NCBI GenBank assembly: GCA_963749915.1
Contig: CAVVOP010000005.1
Span: 96,001 to 160,000 of the forward strand
Source: an uncultured cyanobacterium
GTDB taxonomy: Bacteria; Cyanobacteriota; Cyanobacteriia; Cyanobacteriales; Cyanobacteriaceae
DNA: 64,000 nt
Reading direction: 5' to 3'
The notes under the pieces were generated by a model. The model was not told where the DNA came from and searched no databases. It saw only the letters and a list, made by a program, of their open reading frames with translations. Made by a program: the position numbers and the translations under genes. Positions 52,928 through 63,775 of the stretch are shown in pieces; position 1 is the first letter of the stretch, and every line of letters begins with the position of its first letter.

Positions 52928-53923
52928 CTAAATTTTATATTCAATAATCCTTGCTTGTTGTTTTGTTAATTTTTTTAAGAAAAATTGATATTGTCCGATA
53001 AATTGAGGAAATTTAGATAAAACACACCAAAAAGCATATAATTTAGCATCTTTGTTATCATCACCATAATTGAGGCGATAACGATAAATTTTGAACATTA
53101 GCACGAAATAACCTAAGAGTAATAATAAACTTAATCCTTTGGTTATCCAAATCAAACTAATGGTTAAAAGAGGCACAATTAAACCCCATAAATAACCGCT
53201 TAAATATTCTTTCTTCATGTAATTTTCTGGTGGTTTTCCGTGCATAAAATAACCTTCCGCTACCGCCCATCCCCCTCGAATAGAGCGTTTCCACCACTGA
53301 CTAAATTTAAACATTGCCGCATCATGAAGAGTCATATCTACGTCTAAGCGTTCAATTTTCCATCCTTTTTCCCGCAGTCTGATACACATTTCTGGTTCTT
53401 CTCCGCAGATAAGGCTAAGATCAAAACCATTAACTTGTTTAAGGGCTTCTAACCTCCCTAAAGAATCTCCTCCACAGGCTTTTGCTTCTCCGATGGGGGT
53501 ATTCCATTCCATATCAATCAAGCGATTATAAAGAGATTTTTCGGGGCATTTTTCTCTCCTCCTACCGCAGACAATAGCTAAGTTTTCTTTTTCGTCCAGC
53601 TTCGGTATCGCATTTTCTAACCAATGGGGATATAATTCACAGTCACCATCGAGAAATTGAATATATTCAGTTTGAGGATAATGTTTGATTATATATTCTA
53701 AGCCCGTGTTTCTTGCCCTTGCGGCAGTGAAGGGGATGGATAAATCAAGGTTGATGACTATAACCCCCAATTCTTGAGCTTTTTTGACACTATCATCCGT
53801 TGACCCTGAATCAACATAAATTATTGGGGCATTTTCGGGCAATTCTCTCTTTAATGACTGTAAGCAATTTACAAGGCGATCGCCCTCATTTCTACCAATA
53901 GTTATAACGGCAATAGAGACCAT
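52928..53923 (-). CDS. Glycosyltransferase family 2
   Basis: IGRNEG, VDSGSTD, FTAARARN, FLDGDC and GEEPE motifs. Confidence 0.9.
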   Translation of the reverse strand: MVSIAVITIGRNEGDRLVNCLQSLKRELPENAPIIYVDSGSTDDSVKKAQELGVIVINLDLSIPFTAARARNTGLEYIIKHYPQTEYIQFLDGDCELYPHWLENAIPKLDEKENLAIVCGRRREKCPEKSLYNRLIDMEWNTPIGEAKACGGDSLGRLEALKQVNGFDLSLICGEEPEMCIRLREKGWKIERLDVDMTLHDAAMFKFSQWWKRSIRGGWAVAEGYFMHGKPPENYMKKEYLSGYLWGLIVPLLTISLIWITKGLSLLLLLGYFVLMFKIYRYRLNYGDDNKDAKLYAFWCVLSKFPQFIGQYQFFLKKLTKQQARIIEYKI

Positions 53924-54316
53924 AGGTGACAGATTATATTATTCTCATGATCATTATGTTATCATGATGGAGAAGTGAAGCTAATGTTCAACTTGTCAAT
54001 GATACCGCAATAAAACTTTACAGTTGCCGTAATCCTTGTAAATTAAAGATTGTGAAACTTTTGCTCTCCTTACTTGATTCGTTAGTAATACTCTCCACCT
54101 GAAGTCGGGGGATGGCAGTAATGGAACTAAAAGGGAACAATATTCTTGAATTGTTAATCTTTATTAATTAAATCTTGACAAAAAAACCAAAGTGTTGTTA
54201 TCAACACCCTCGGTTAATATTTTTTTAGATAGGATCTAAGCTAACCGTTGCCAAACAATTGGCACGAAAATTCAGATTATATCCGTCTAGTTATCAAATT
54301 CAGGAGGTTTATCAAC

Positions 54317-54562
54317 ATGAACAACTATCAATTAAGTCAAAAACAAGCCCTTAGAAGCCAAGATCTAGATCCCCTAGCGATCTTATTCTTTTTTCTAGGT
54401 GCTTTAGATATTTACAGTTCTTTAAACAGAAAATTTAGGGAACGAGAAGAAGAACATGAAAACCGTTTGAGGAGGAATAAGGGCATAACTCTAGGTGGCT
54501 ATGGAAAAGTGGCATTATTGGCCCTAATCATCACTGGAATCCTAGAAATCTCTATTTTTTAA
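54317..54562 (+). CDS. Small hypothetical membrane protein (two hydrophobic segments)
   Basis: AGGAGG ribosome-binding site before the ATG at 54317; 81 aa. Confidence 0.55.
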   Translation: MNNYQLSQKQALRSQDLDPLAILFFFLGALDIYSSLNRKFREREEEHENRLRRNKGITLGGYGKVALLALIITGILEISIF

Positions 54563-54683
54563 AGTTAAACCCAAAATCACTGTTTTGCTCATGGGATAAG
54601 CCTTTTGGTCTTATCTGAATCTTGAGTGAATCAGCTCTAGGGTAACAACTTTAGCAAAAATCAAACCAAGGAGGTTTGCAATC

Positions 54684-55481
54684 ATGAAAATTCAAGGAAA
54701 GACTGCTCTGGTTACTGGAGCTTCCCGTGGCATTGGACGTGCCATCGCACTCGAATTAGCCCAAAATGGCATTAAATGTCTTTTGTTGTTAGCTCGTGAT
54801 GCTACTAAATTAGCCCAATTGGCTACCGAAATTGAAGTACATGGAGTAGAAGTCGTAATTATACCTTTAGATCTAACAAAACCCATAGACGTTAATATTG
54901 CCGTGGCCAAAGCTTGGCGGGATCATGGTCCCATTCATTTGTTGGTGAACTGTGCCGGCATTGTCCATCAAACTCCCTTTTTGCAATCTAAACTGCTTCA
55001 GATTCACGAAGAAATTTCTTTGAATCTGATGGGAATGTACACCATCACTCGTTTAATGGCACGACGGATGGCGGCCCGACAAGAGGGAACAATTGTGAAT
55101 GTTTCTAGCTTAATGGGCAAAGTGGCTGCCCCTACCATGTCCACCTATTCGGCCACTAAGTTTGCGATTTTGGGATTTACCCAAGCCTTGCGGGGCGAAT
55201 TGTCTGCTCACAAGTTAAAAGTAATCGCTTTACTTCCTTCTTTGACCGATACCGATATGTCACGAGGGTTAAAATTATTCTCCTGGGTTAGAGCGACTAC
55301 TCCTGAAAGAGTAGCGGTTGCACTCATGAGAGGACTGCACAGAGGGGACTCGGAAATCTTAGTGGGATGGCAAAGTTACTTAGCTGTCTGGGGGCAACGT
55401 CTTGCACCTTGGCTACTGGAGAAAATTCTTTTAATAACGGCCCCCCAATGGCAAGAGAAACCCCAAACCTTGAGAGGATAA
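54684..55481 (+). CDS. Short-chain dehydrogenase/reductase
   Basis: TGASRGIG, NCAG, NVSS and YSATK motifs. Confidence 0.93.
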   Translation: MKIQGKTALVTGASRGIGRAIALELAQNGIKCLLLLARDATKLAQLATEIEVHGVEVVIIPLDLTKPIDVNIAVAKAWRDHGPIHLLVNCAGIVHQTPFLQSKLLQIHEEISLNLMGMYTITRLMARRMAARQEGTIVNVSSLMGKVAAPTMSTYSATKFAILGFTQALRGELSAHKLKVIALLPSLTDTDMSRGLKLFSWVRATTPERVAVALMRGLHRGDSEILVGWQSYLAVWGQRLAPWLLEKILLITAPQWQEKPQTLRG

Positions 55482-55642
55482 GGATTGGCGAAAAAGTAGA
55501 ACCATAATAATTTGTAGTGATTAGTGGTTAGGGAACATTCTTCCCTATCCCCTACTCCCCCATAAAAAAGAAGAAACAACCTTTGCGTCTTTAGGGAAGT
55601 TTTAACAATTATTGTCTGACAAAACTACTGTCAATTGTCGAT

Positions 55643-56152
55643 TTATGTATAGGCTTTAACGCATTCTTCCACTAAAGGAGCAACTTGGTCAATATCTTTC
55701 CAGCCTAAAATTTGAGTTTCTTTTTTCTCTAAGTTTTTATAGCTACGGAAAAATTCGGCAATTTCCTCTAAGCGATGAGGGGCAACATCTTTAAGAGATT
55801 TTACATGGTTATAGCGGGGATCTTCGGCCGGTACACATAATATTTTCTCATCTCGATCGCCACCATCAATCATTTCTAACATACAAACAGGACGGGCGGC
55901 AATAACACAACCGGGAAAAGTCGGTTCATCCATCATCACCATACCATCAAGAGGATCCCCATCATCAGCTAAAGTATTGGGTACAAAACCATAATCATAG
56001 GGATATTTGACGGAGGAAAATAACACTCTATCTAAGATAAAAGCATTCATATCTTTGTCAAACTCATATTTATTTTTGCTACCGCCGGGGATTTCGATTA
56101 AAACGTTAATAATACCTGCTTTTGGTTGGGCGGGAATTTTTGATAAGTCCAT
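55643..56152 (-). CDS. ppa: Inorganic pyrophosphatase
   Basis: [23 protein letters not shown] and FFRSYKNLE motifs; start MDLSKIP. Confidence 0.97.
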   Translation of the reverse strand: MDLSKIPAQPKAGIINVLIEIPGGSKNKYEFDKDMNAFILDRVLFSSVKYPYDYGFVPNTLADDGDPLDGMVMMDEPTFPGCVIAARPVCMLEMIDGGDRDEKILCVPAEDPRYNHVKSLKDVAPHRLEEIAEFFRSYKNLEKKETQILGWKDIDQVAPLVEECVKAYT

Positions 56153-56260
56153 TATTTTTAATAGTTCCTTCACTTAATTTTACAAACACGGTTAATATTT
56201 AACCATAAGAGGGGATAATTGTATCGAGTAAGGGCAAGCAAATTTAGTAAGACGTCAATC

Positions 56261-56607
56261 GTAACCGTTCACTCCCCCCCATTCTGAATTGGTTGTCAAA
56301 TCAACAAGCCCAAATTAGAGAAAGCTGGAAATGTTAGCGGTTATCATAGGATAACTTATTAGAGATAGGCAGTTATTTGATTGAAAAAAGGAAGTGATGC
56401 CCGACAAAATAGTTTAAACTTTATTTTATGGCTAAACTAAACAAAGATGATTTGGGACAAATGAGTAAAAGCTACTTTGAATCTCTGGAAAAACAGAGGT
56501 TAGTAGAAGTTGCTACCAATTTACATCAATTAGCCGTAGAACAATGTGAAAGACTAGAACTTTCCTCAAGTAATAGTTCTCGTCAAGAGCTTTACGCCAT
56601 GCAGTAA
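56261..56607 (+). mobile_element. IS66-like remnant: left end plus the transposase N-terminal fragment
   Basis: Begins GTAACCGTTCA; short ORF 56428-56607 (MAKLNKDDL..EQCERLELSSSNSSR) resembles the IS66 N-terminal coiled coil and NSS motif, then stops. Confidence 0.55.
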
Positions 56608-56847
56608 TCCTAAATGATTAATAGTTTGAACTTGTATTTCTTCTGAGGAAATCATCATCAAAATTCCATTAAAAACTTAATTTAATTACCCCTTTAATAG
56701 GCTTAGTTTTCTAATAATTTATCTAAGTTCTCTTAATTATTTAGAGAACTAACTTGTAACTGAGTATTTTTACTTAAAAAACATACTGAGAGTTTCTTTT
56801 GATAGTCACTTTTCAGTCTCTAATTTCATAATCTGAAATTATACAGT

Positions 56848-56867
56848 TTGACGTGCGGAATGTGGGC
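56848..56867 (+). mobile_element. Possible orphan IS terminal repeat (IS1634-like)
   Basis: TTGACGTGCGGAATGTGGGC resembles cyanobacterial IS1634 ends as recalled from memory; no transposase nearby. Confidence 0.35.
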
Positions 56868-57065
56868 TCTGACTTGAAAGTGCCAACTTTCATCTCTGAT
56901 GGTGAAAATTTTTTTTCATGGGGACTGCCTTCCCCATCACCAAAATTGCGCAAGACCCAAATTTCAGGGGAGACGATTAGATATAACTATTATGAGCTAG
57001 TCCATTCTTCTTTTCACGTCTTATTTTAGCGGAAACCAGAGTCTACTGAAAGTATGAAAAACCTT

Positions 57066-57707
57066 TCACGGTGCTAATCTTTGAATGTCCCAACCAGATT
57101 CAACATTTGAGCGAGAATATAAAAATCGATCATGTAGTCGATTGGGTCTGCCTTGCCAAAATTCAAAACGGTGAGGCACAATTCGATAACCTCCCCAAGC
57201 CGAAGGAAGGGGGATCTCCTGGTTGTGAAATTTGCGTTTCATCTCATCAAATTTCAGTTCCAAGATTTTACGAGAAGAGATAACCGTACTTTGTTGCGAA
57301 CACCAGGCTCCAATTTGACTGCCTCGGGGACGAGTAGCGAAATATTTTAGGGATTCGGCAATGGAAATTTTGACAGCATTCCCAGAGATTTGTACTTGAC
57401 GTTCTAAGGCTATCCAGAAAAATAACAGCGATACTTGAGCATTTTGCTCAATTTGATGTGCTTTTTGGCTTTCGTAGTTAGTAAAAAAAACGAATCCTTG
57501 GCGATCAAAATATTTCAAAAGCACCATACGTTGTGAAGGCTCTCCAGTAGTTGAAGCCGTGGCCAAACTCATGGCATTTGCTTCTGGGAGATTGATAGTA
57601 CAAGCTTGTTGAAACCACAGTTCAAATTGCTGAAAAGGATCTTGCTTAAGTTGTTCGCGTCTTAGACCTTCCCGGGTATATTCTTGCCTTAAATTACCAA
57701 TATCCAT
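57066..57707 (-). CDS. pdxH: Pyridoxamine 5'-phosphate oxidase
   Basis: LRQEY, RMVLLK, FFTNYES.K, SQIGAW and EFWQGRPNRLHDR motifs. Confidence 0.96.
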   Translation of the reverse strand: MDIGNLRQEYTREGLRREQLKQDPFQQFELWFQQACTINLPEANAMSLATASTTGEPSQRMVLLKYFDRQGFVFFTNYESQKAHQIEQNAQVSLLFFWIALERQVQISGNAVKISIAESLKYFATRPRGSQIGAWCSQQSTVISSRKILELKFDEMKRKFHNQEIPLPSAWGGYRIVPHRFEFWQGRPNRLHDRFLYSRSNVESGWDIQRLAP

Positions 57708-57997
57708 AATCTTGACACTGTGCTTTACTCGTATTTGTTGACCCTCGCTTTTTTTTTCCCTCATCGAAACTCATCACTTTGATTGTAACTACCAAAATAG
57801 GACATGAGTATTTGTTGTAAATGAATGAGTAATACCATCTCGGAAACCACTGAAGCTAAAGTGGGAAAAAGACATAGTGAATAATTAATGGTCAAACCAG
57901 CTAAAAAAAGCCGGAAAACAGAAGAGAAAACGCGTAATTATTGATATTTTATTTAACTTTCTTTAATTGTAGCCATAATCTGGCAAATCCAATCCTG

Positions 57998-58234
57998 TTA
58001 ATTGAGAGGTAATTTGATTGCTATGTTTATAGTATTGTTTAATTTTGTTTTTAACTTTCGCACTTTATGATTATCGAAAGTGAAAGGATTAACCAAAATT
58101 AATTGTTCAAAATAATCCCCTCTTGACCAAGGATAACAAAAACCAAATTCTTGGTGAGAAAAAACTGATTTCTGCAAAAAAGTACTACCAGTTTTATGAT
58201 AGCCAATATGTATGAGAATTCTATCTTGCATCAT
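57998..58234 (-). pseudogene. Truncated sulfotransferase-family fragment
   Basis: PAPS-binding-like ILIHIGYHKTGSTFLQ, degenerating after about 55 aa. Confidence 0.65.
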
Positions 58235-58385
58235 TAACTATATTATTTATTAACTTTTTATTTTATTTTTGGTAGTTTCAGCAAACATACCCAAAGGCTT
58301 TTAAATCTAAACTTGTTAATTTACTAGTTTGTCGATTACTCTCCAAAAATTTAGATTGTGTTCATTAGTGAGAAGTTAAACAAAA

Positions 58386-58754
58386 ATGATAAGATTTATA
58401 GTCGTTTTAAATCGAGAAGGTTTCTTGTGGGTAAAAGCTACTAAGGTTAGTCAAAAAGCACTTTCAGGCAGGTTTTTAACCTTTCCCTCTATTTTATTTG
58501 AAGAAGTACTCAAAGAATTACTGCCCTCATTAAAACAAAGATGGCAAAATCGTCTGTCTCGTCCACTTCCCGATGGTGTTTGTTTTACTCTCTCAAAATT
58601 TACCAATATTTGGATTATTGATGCTTCAACACTGGAAGCATTGTTTAGAAAATTAGATAGTTTAAAAGATATTCCCACGGGAAAATTAGCTGGAAAAATG
58701 GCAGTAGTTATTGATTTAGTGACTCGCTATCCTGTTGATATTTGGAAGGTATAA
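58386..58754 (+). mobile_element. IS4-family transposase internal fragment
   Basis: VSQKALSGRF..IWIIDASTLEALFRKL..LAGKM (first DDE aspartate region); truncated at both ends. Confidence 0.75.
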
Positions 58755-58800
58755 TCAATTTTCTAATCTCTCTTTCGACTATCCAGACTATTCAAACTAC

Positions 58801-59133
58801 TTATGAGCCGAGTTTTAAGGCTTCTAAATAAAGTGCATAAGCAAAACCGATTTTTAAGGAATTTAACAAATCGAACCAAGGGGATTTATTTTCAGAACTA
58901 GGGCGACGATAAATAAGGATACTAGAAATTTCTGTGAATAAAAGAAAAAGAAGAGCAATAGTTACATCCCATCGTGCCGCTTGTCCGGCAGATGTAGATA
59001 GGGCATTAGCAAGGAAAAAACCTAATAAGACAAAGATAATTATTAAGGACAGTTTCCGCCAAGGATTGACTAAAAAGTTAGCAAATTGACGAATGAATGT
59101 TCCTATTAACAAGTTTAAACGGGTTTGTTGCAT
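58801..59133 (-). CDS. DUF565 (Ycf20-like) membrane protein
   Basis: MQQTRL..NPWRK..KIGFAYALYLEALKLGS. Confidence 0.88.
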   Translation of the reverse strand: MQQTRLNLLIGTFIRQFANFLVNPWRKLSLIIIFVLLGFFLANALSTSAGQAARWDVTIALLFLLFTEISSILIYRRPSSENKSPWFDLLNSLKIGFAYALYLEALKLGS

Positions 59134-59274
59134 ATTCTCTTTCTTTTTATTTGTATCTGATTTTAATTATCATAGTTCTTTTGTTCTAACACAGGTGTGT
59201 GTCTTGATAAAAAAGGGTTACGGTATTATTTTATCGTTAAAATAATAAAAGAAAGATAAAGAGAAATAAAATAT

Positions 59275-59886
59275 ATGAATAGTCAACTAACTGACAGTGA
59301 ATATAAGCGTAAAATGCAACGCCGTAAAGAAATTCAAGATCAACGTCTGGCTAACATGACAGATAAAAAAGGTCTAATAGTTGTTCACACAGGGGATGGT
59401 AAAGGCAAGACGACAGCTGCTTTAGGAATGGTAATTCGATCTTTGGGTCATGGTTACAAAGTGGCGATCGTACAATTTATCAAAGGTGCATGGCAACCGG
59501 CGGAAAAAGAAGTTTTAGAAAAGTGGTCAGACCAACTAGAATTTTATGCTATGGGGGAGGGTTTTACGTGGGAAACTCAAGACAGAGAAAGGGATATTTT
59601 AGCGGCAAAGAAGGCATGGGAAAAAGCGAGAGACTTTATTTTTAATCCTGAGTATAAATTGGTGTTATTAGATGAGATTAATATTGCTTTGAAACTAGAC
59701 TATTTAAACCTTGAACAAGTATTAAAAACCTTGAAGGAAAAGCCAGTCAATACTCATGTTATTTTAACAGGTAGGGGGGCGAAACCCGAGTTAATAGAGA
59801 TGGCAGATTTAGTCACAGAAATGAGGCTAATAAAACACCCTTTTAAAGAACAGGGAATTAAAGCACAAGCGGGGATAGAATTTTAA
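59275..59886 (+). CDS. cobO: Cob(I)yrinic acid a,c-diamide adenosyltransferase
   Basis: HTGDGKGKTTAALG, QFIKG, GEGFTW, LLDE, TGRGA and KHPF motifs. Confidence 0.96.
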   Translation: MNSQLTDSEYKRKMQRRKEIQDQRLANMTDKKGLIVVHTGDGKGKTTAALGMVIRSLGHGYKVAIVQFIKGAWQPAEKEVLEKWSDQLEFYAMGEGFTWETQDRERDILAAKKAWEKARDFIFNPEYKLVLLDEINIALKLDYLNLEQVLKTLKEKPVNTHVILTGRGAKPELIEMADLVTEMRLIKHPFKEQGIKAQAGIEF

Positions 59887-59891
59887 TTTTT

Positions 59892-60365
59892 ATGGAACAT
59901 AAAAACCTAAATATTCGCTCAGCAACTATTGAGGATGTAGAAAGTTTATTTGATTTAATTAAGGCTTTAGCTGAGTACGAAAAATTATCCCATCAAGTAA
60001 TAGGAAATGTAGAAAGTTTGCAAAAACATTTATTTTCTAAACAAGTTTATGCTGAGGCAATTATTGCCGAATTGAATTATCGGTCTGTGGGTTTTGCTTT
60101 ATTTTTTACCAATTATTCTACCTTTTTAACTAAACCTGGTATTTATTTAGAAGATTTATTTGTTTTGCCTGAATATCGTCGTCAAGGTATCGGTAAGTCT
60201 TTGTTAAATTATCTGATTAATTTGGCAAAAAATCGAGATTTTGGGAGAGTAGAGTGGAGTGTTCTCGACTGGAATAAACCTGCCATCGATTTCTATCAAA
60301 AAATGGGGGCAAAAGTGCTTCCAGACTGGCGTTTTTGTCGAATCCTGATCCAGGATGGAGAATAG
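59892..60365 (+). CDS. GNAT N-acetyltransferase (diamine acetyltransferase-like)
   Basis: LAEYEKL, YLEDLFVLPEYRRQGIG and VLDWNKPAIDFY motifs. Confidence 0.92.
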   Translation: MEHKNLNIRSATIEDVESLFDLIKALAEYEKLSHQVIGNVESLQKHLFSKQVYAEAIIAELNYRSVGFALFFTNYSTFLTKPGIYLEDLFVLPEYRRQGIGKSLLNYLINLAKNRDFGRVEWSVLDWNKPAIDFYQKMGAKVLPDWRFCRILIQDGE

Positions 60366-60459
60366 TTTTTAATCTTACTTTGACAATATTGAACGGGTTT
60401 GATATTAATTGCTATACTTAGGTAGGTTCTGTACTTAGGCAGATTCAGCAGAAAGTTTA

Positions 60460-62118
60460 ATGATGAACAGAAATAGTAAAACAAATACCCAAAATAATCC
60501 ATTACTGCAGTTAATTCACAGATCATTCTGTCGTCCTAGGGACGAAGAGAAGGGGGCAGGTTTCCTATTAGGTATGTGTCTGGGAATTTTAATGTTCTTC
60601 GGTGGGCTTCTTGCATTACATAGTGGCTCTCGTGAAAAAACTAATGCAATATCAGGGGAGTCTCAAGCAAAAGCTATGGCAGTTGCCGAAAGTGCAGTCG
60701 GCCGTTATATAGACCTTCTCTTGCAAAACCCTCAAATTGCGGTATTTTGTGCCAACCCGAGTACGAACCCCTCGTCTTGCAATACGGGAACAACATGGTC
60801 TAACATGAATTCCGACCCTTTAGCTTCATTGGTTTCTCCCCTTTGTCTCCCCAGTTCAACTAGCACTATGACAACCGCACAAATCGCGGATGTTCAGGCT
60901 GCGGCTAGTACTGACTGGCAAACTTACAATACCAATGGTCAATATAAATTAATTAGTTACACTTACAAGTCTGATACGGGGACAGGTAATGAGGTTCCTG
61001 GTACTGCAACCCTAATTATGGAGAGTGAGAATATCGGTAGTACAGGAGTAGCAACTCGCCTAGAGGTTTTAATTCCTATAACCCCATCCTGTCTGATACC
61101 GGGAGTCTGGGCACAAGCCGGTGGTACAGTAAAAGTTGCTCCTCACTCAAATGGATCAATTAACGCTGTGGTCACAAGAACCGGTTCAGCCCCACCTTTG
61201 GGGGATTTTCCCGCTAATTCCTTGAACGGTAGTACTATTTATGATGGAACTACTGCACCATCAAGCGGTGATATAACCACAGCGATGCCTCCTCCTCCCC
61301 CGAATATTCCTGGTCCAAACTATACTATCTTCTCCGTGGGGGACGCAACCACTGGTTATCTAGATTTAAGTGCATGTACCATTCGACTACCGAGAAAAAG
61401 CGGAGTCGAAAATGCTTGGGGAAGTGGTTGTAATGACCCCATCAAAATGGCCTTTAATGGTGGAACTGTTGCCGGTTCTGTGCTAGCAACGGGGGATGTT
61501 GCCGCTGCTGATAATCGCTATCATTATTTAATTCCTAGTAGTGCCCCTGTGGGAAACTCCATTATTCTTGCCAATGCCGCTATTTTGATTGAACCCGATG
61601 CAGGGAAGAAAGTAGTGCTTTATGTCAGAGGTGACATAACCATGAGTGGTACAGGCAGTAATGGCACCAGTAGTCCTACAGTTAGTTTAGCTACTACAGG
61701 TAGCAGAGATTCAGATCCAAATGCGAGTCCCAATTACGGTTGTGAATTAACGGCGGATACTGGCACTGCGGCGGTAACAACATTTATTAATCAAGGATCC
61801 CCTGCAAATCTCGAAATGTATGGTGCGGATGGTAGCGCTTTCCCAAATTGGTCTAGTGGTCATACCGCCAACGTGGTTAATATGGCAGGGAATACCAGAA
61901 TTAATGGCTTTATGCTTTTCCCCGCCGCCGAAGTTAGGGTGTCTCAAGGATTAATTAGTGGTTCTGTGTGGGCTAGAACATTTGATTTCAGTAATACCGC
62001 AGGATGTACGGTGGGGGTTGTTCAAAATAGCGTGGGCAATGTCCTAGCGGCGAATGTTACCAACACCCCAACTAATATTATTAATCCAATTACTTCATGG
62101 CGAAGACTTAGTCGCTAA
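60460..62118 (+). CDS. PilX-like type IV minor pilin with a large Gly/Ser/Thr-rich C-terminal domain
   Basis: EEKGAG-FLLGMCLGILMFF prepilin-like helix lacking Glu5; AMAVAESAV; C-terminal GFMLFPAAEV..GSVWA..ITSWRR. Confidence 0.65.
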   Translation: MMNRNSKTNTQNNPLLQLIHRSFCRPRDEEKGAGFLLGMCLGILMFFGGLLALHSGSREKTNAISGESQAKAMAVAESAVGRYIDLLLQNPQIAVFCANPSTNPSSCNTGTTWSNMNSDPLASLVSPLCLPSSTSTMTTAQIADVQAAASTDWQTYNTNGQYKLISYTYKSDTGTGNEVPGTATLIMESENIGSTGVATRLEVLIPITPSCLIPGVWAQAGGTVKVAPHSNGSINAVVTRTGSAPPLGDFPANSLNGSTIYDGTTAPSSGDITTAMPPPPPNIPGPNYTIFSVGDATTGYLDLSACTIRLPRKSGVENAWGSGCNDPIKMAFNGGTVAGSVLATGDVAAADNRYHYLIPSSAPVGNSIILANAAILIEPDAGKKVVLYVRGDITMSGTGSNGTSSPTVSLATTGSRDSDPNASPNYGCELTADTGTAAVTTFINQGSPANLEMYGADGSAFPNWSSGHTANVVNMAGNTRINGFMLFPAAEVRVSQGLISGSVWARTFDFSNTAGCTVGVVQNSVGNVLAANVTNTPTNIINPITSWRRLSR

Positions 62119-62806
62119 TATAATCTAAATTATATTTTGCCATCAAATCAGGACGCTTTTTCTCTGTGGCTTTTAATTGTTGTTGATAACGCCATTTAGC
62201 AATTTCTTCATGGTTGCCTGATCGTAATACGGGAGGAACTTCCCACTCCCGAAATATGGGGGGGCGCGTATAATGGGGATAGTCAAGTAAACCATCCTCA
62301 AAACTATCCGCATAGAGAGATTCCGCTTTGCCAACAGTACCGGGCAAAAGTCTGACGACACCGTTGATCAAGGTTAAAGCAGGAATTTCGCCGCAGGTTA
62401 ACACAAAATCTCCCAAAGACACTTCTCTAGTGACTAAATGTTGTACTCGTTCATCTATTCCTTCATAATGGCCACAAATCAGGACTAGTTGTTGGTAGTT
62501 ACGGGCAAAATTTTTGAGTAAATTCTGATTTAATGTTTCTCCTTGAGGGGTAAGTAATATTACCTCTCTTGGTTCTAAAATCCGTAGAGATTCCACCGCC
62601 GCAAAAATCGGTTCAGGTTTTAACACCATGCCCGCACCGCCTCCATAGGGTATGTCATCTACATGATGATGTTTATCGGTGGTAAAGTCTCTGGGATTGA
62701 TTAAGTTAACTGTGGCAATACCTTTGCTTAGGGCTTTTCCTAATAAACTACATTGAAGGGGAGAGTGGAAAAAATCAGGAAAAAGTGTAATAACATCAAT
62801 CTGCAC
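62108..62806 (-). CDS. trmD: tRNA (guanine-N1)-methyltransferase
   Basis: ITLFP, DDIPYGGGAGM, CGHYEGIDERV, GDFVLT, YPHYTRP and LRSGNH motifs. Confidence 0.98.
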   Translation of the reverse strand: MQIDVITLFPDFFHSPLQCSLLGKALSKGIATVNLINPRDFTTDKHHHVDDIPYGGGAGMVLKPEPIFAAVESLRILEPREVILLTPQGETLNQNLLKNFARNYQQLVLICGHYEGIDERVQHLVTREVSLGDFVLTCGEIPALTLINGVVRLLPGTVGKAESLYADSFEDGLLDYPHYTRPPIFREWEVPPVLRSGNHEEIAKWRYQQQLKATEKKRPDLMAKYNLDYISD

Positions 62807-62953
62807 GGCAATTATTGACTGTAATGGTTAAAAATGTTACGATCTCTGCTTATATTAGTTAATTATAATTGAACGGTGTCTTAATTGATTGTTAATTGCC
62901 GTAAACTTGAATATACTAAAATTTAGTCTAAGCAGGGAATTATTAAAAGTAAC

Positions 62954-63775
62954 ATGAAGGAATACCAGAGAAGCTCTGTCCTCGTGATAGGGGGTGCGGA
63001 AGACAAGGTACACGGCAAGGAAATTTTACAACGTTTTTGGCATTGTGCTGGTGGTACGGATGCAATTATCGGAATCATTCCCTCTGCCTCGAGAGAACCA
63101 AGTATTATTGGCGATCGCTACTCGAGTATTTTTCAGGAGATGGGAGCAAAAGATTTAAATGTACTTGATGTAAGAGATCGCATTCAAGGAGAAGATAAAG
63201 ATTATCAAGAATATGTGGAAAAATGTACTGGTATTTTTATGACAGGAGGAGATCAACTTAGACTCTGTGGTTTGTTAGCAGATACCCCCTTGATGGAAAG
63301 AATCCGCCAACGGGTGAAACTAGGAGAAGTTACATTAGGTGGTACTAGTGCTGGGGCGGCAGTCATGGGACATCATATGATCGCCGGAGGTAGTAGTGGA
63401 GAATCCCCCAATCGTGCTTTAGTAGATATGGCGATGGGATTGGGTATTATTCCTGAAATAATTGTTGATCAACATTTTCATAATCGTAACCGTATGGCTA
63501 GATTGTTGAGTGCTTTATCCAATCACCCCGAAAGATTAGGTATCGGTATTGATGAAGATACCTGTGCAATTTTTCATCAACAAAATGAATATATCCAAGT
63601 TATGGGCAAAGGTACTGTTACTATTGTTGATGGCCAAGCTATGAGTTACACTAATCAGAGTCAAGTAGCCGCAGAAGAACCTCTCGCATTACATAACCTC
63701 AGGTTACATATTCTCGGTCATGGCGATCTCTATAACCGTAAAACTCATCAACCGACACCGGGAAAAATTGACTAA
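62954..63775 (+). CDS. cphB: Cyanophycinase
   Basis: IGGAEDK, MTGGDQ, GTSAGA, DQHFHNRNR and GIDEDT motifs. Confidence 0.96.
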   Translation: MKEYQRSSVLVIGGAEDKVHGKEILQRFWHCAGGTDAIIGIIPSASREPSIIGDRYSSIFQEMGAKDLNVLDVRDRIQGEDKDYQEYVEKCTGIFMTGGDQLRLCGLLADTPLMERIRQRVKLGEVTLGGTSAGAAVMGHHMIAGGSSGESPNRALVDMAMGLGIIPEIIVDQHFHNRNRMARLLSALSNHPERLGIGIDEDTCAIFHQQNEYIQVMGKGTVTIVDGQAMSYTNQSQVAAEEPLALHNLRLHILGHGDLYNRKTHQPTPGKID

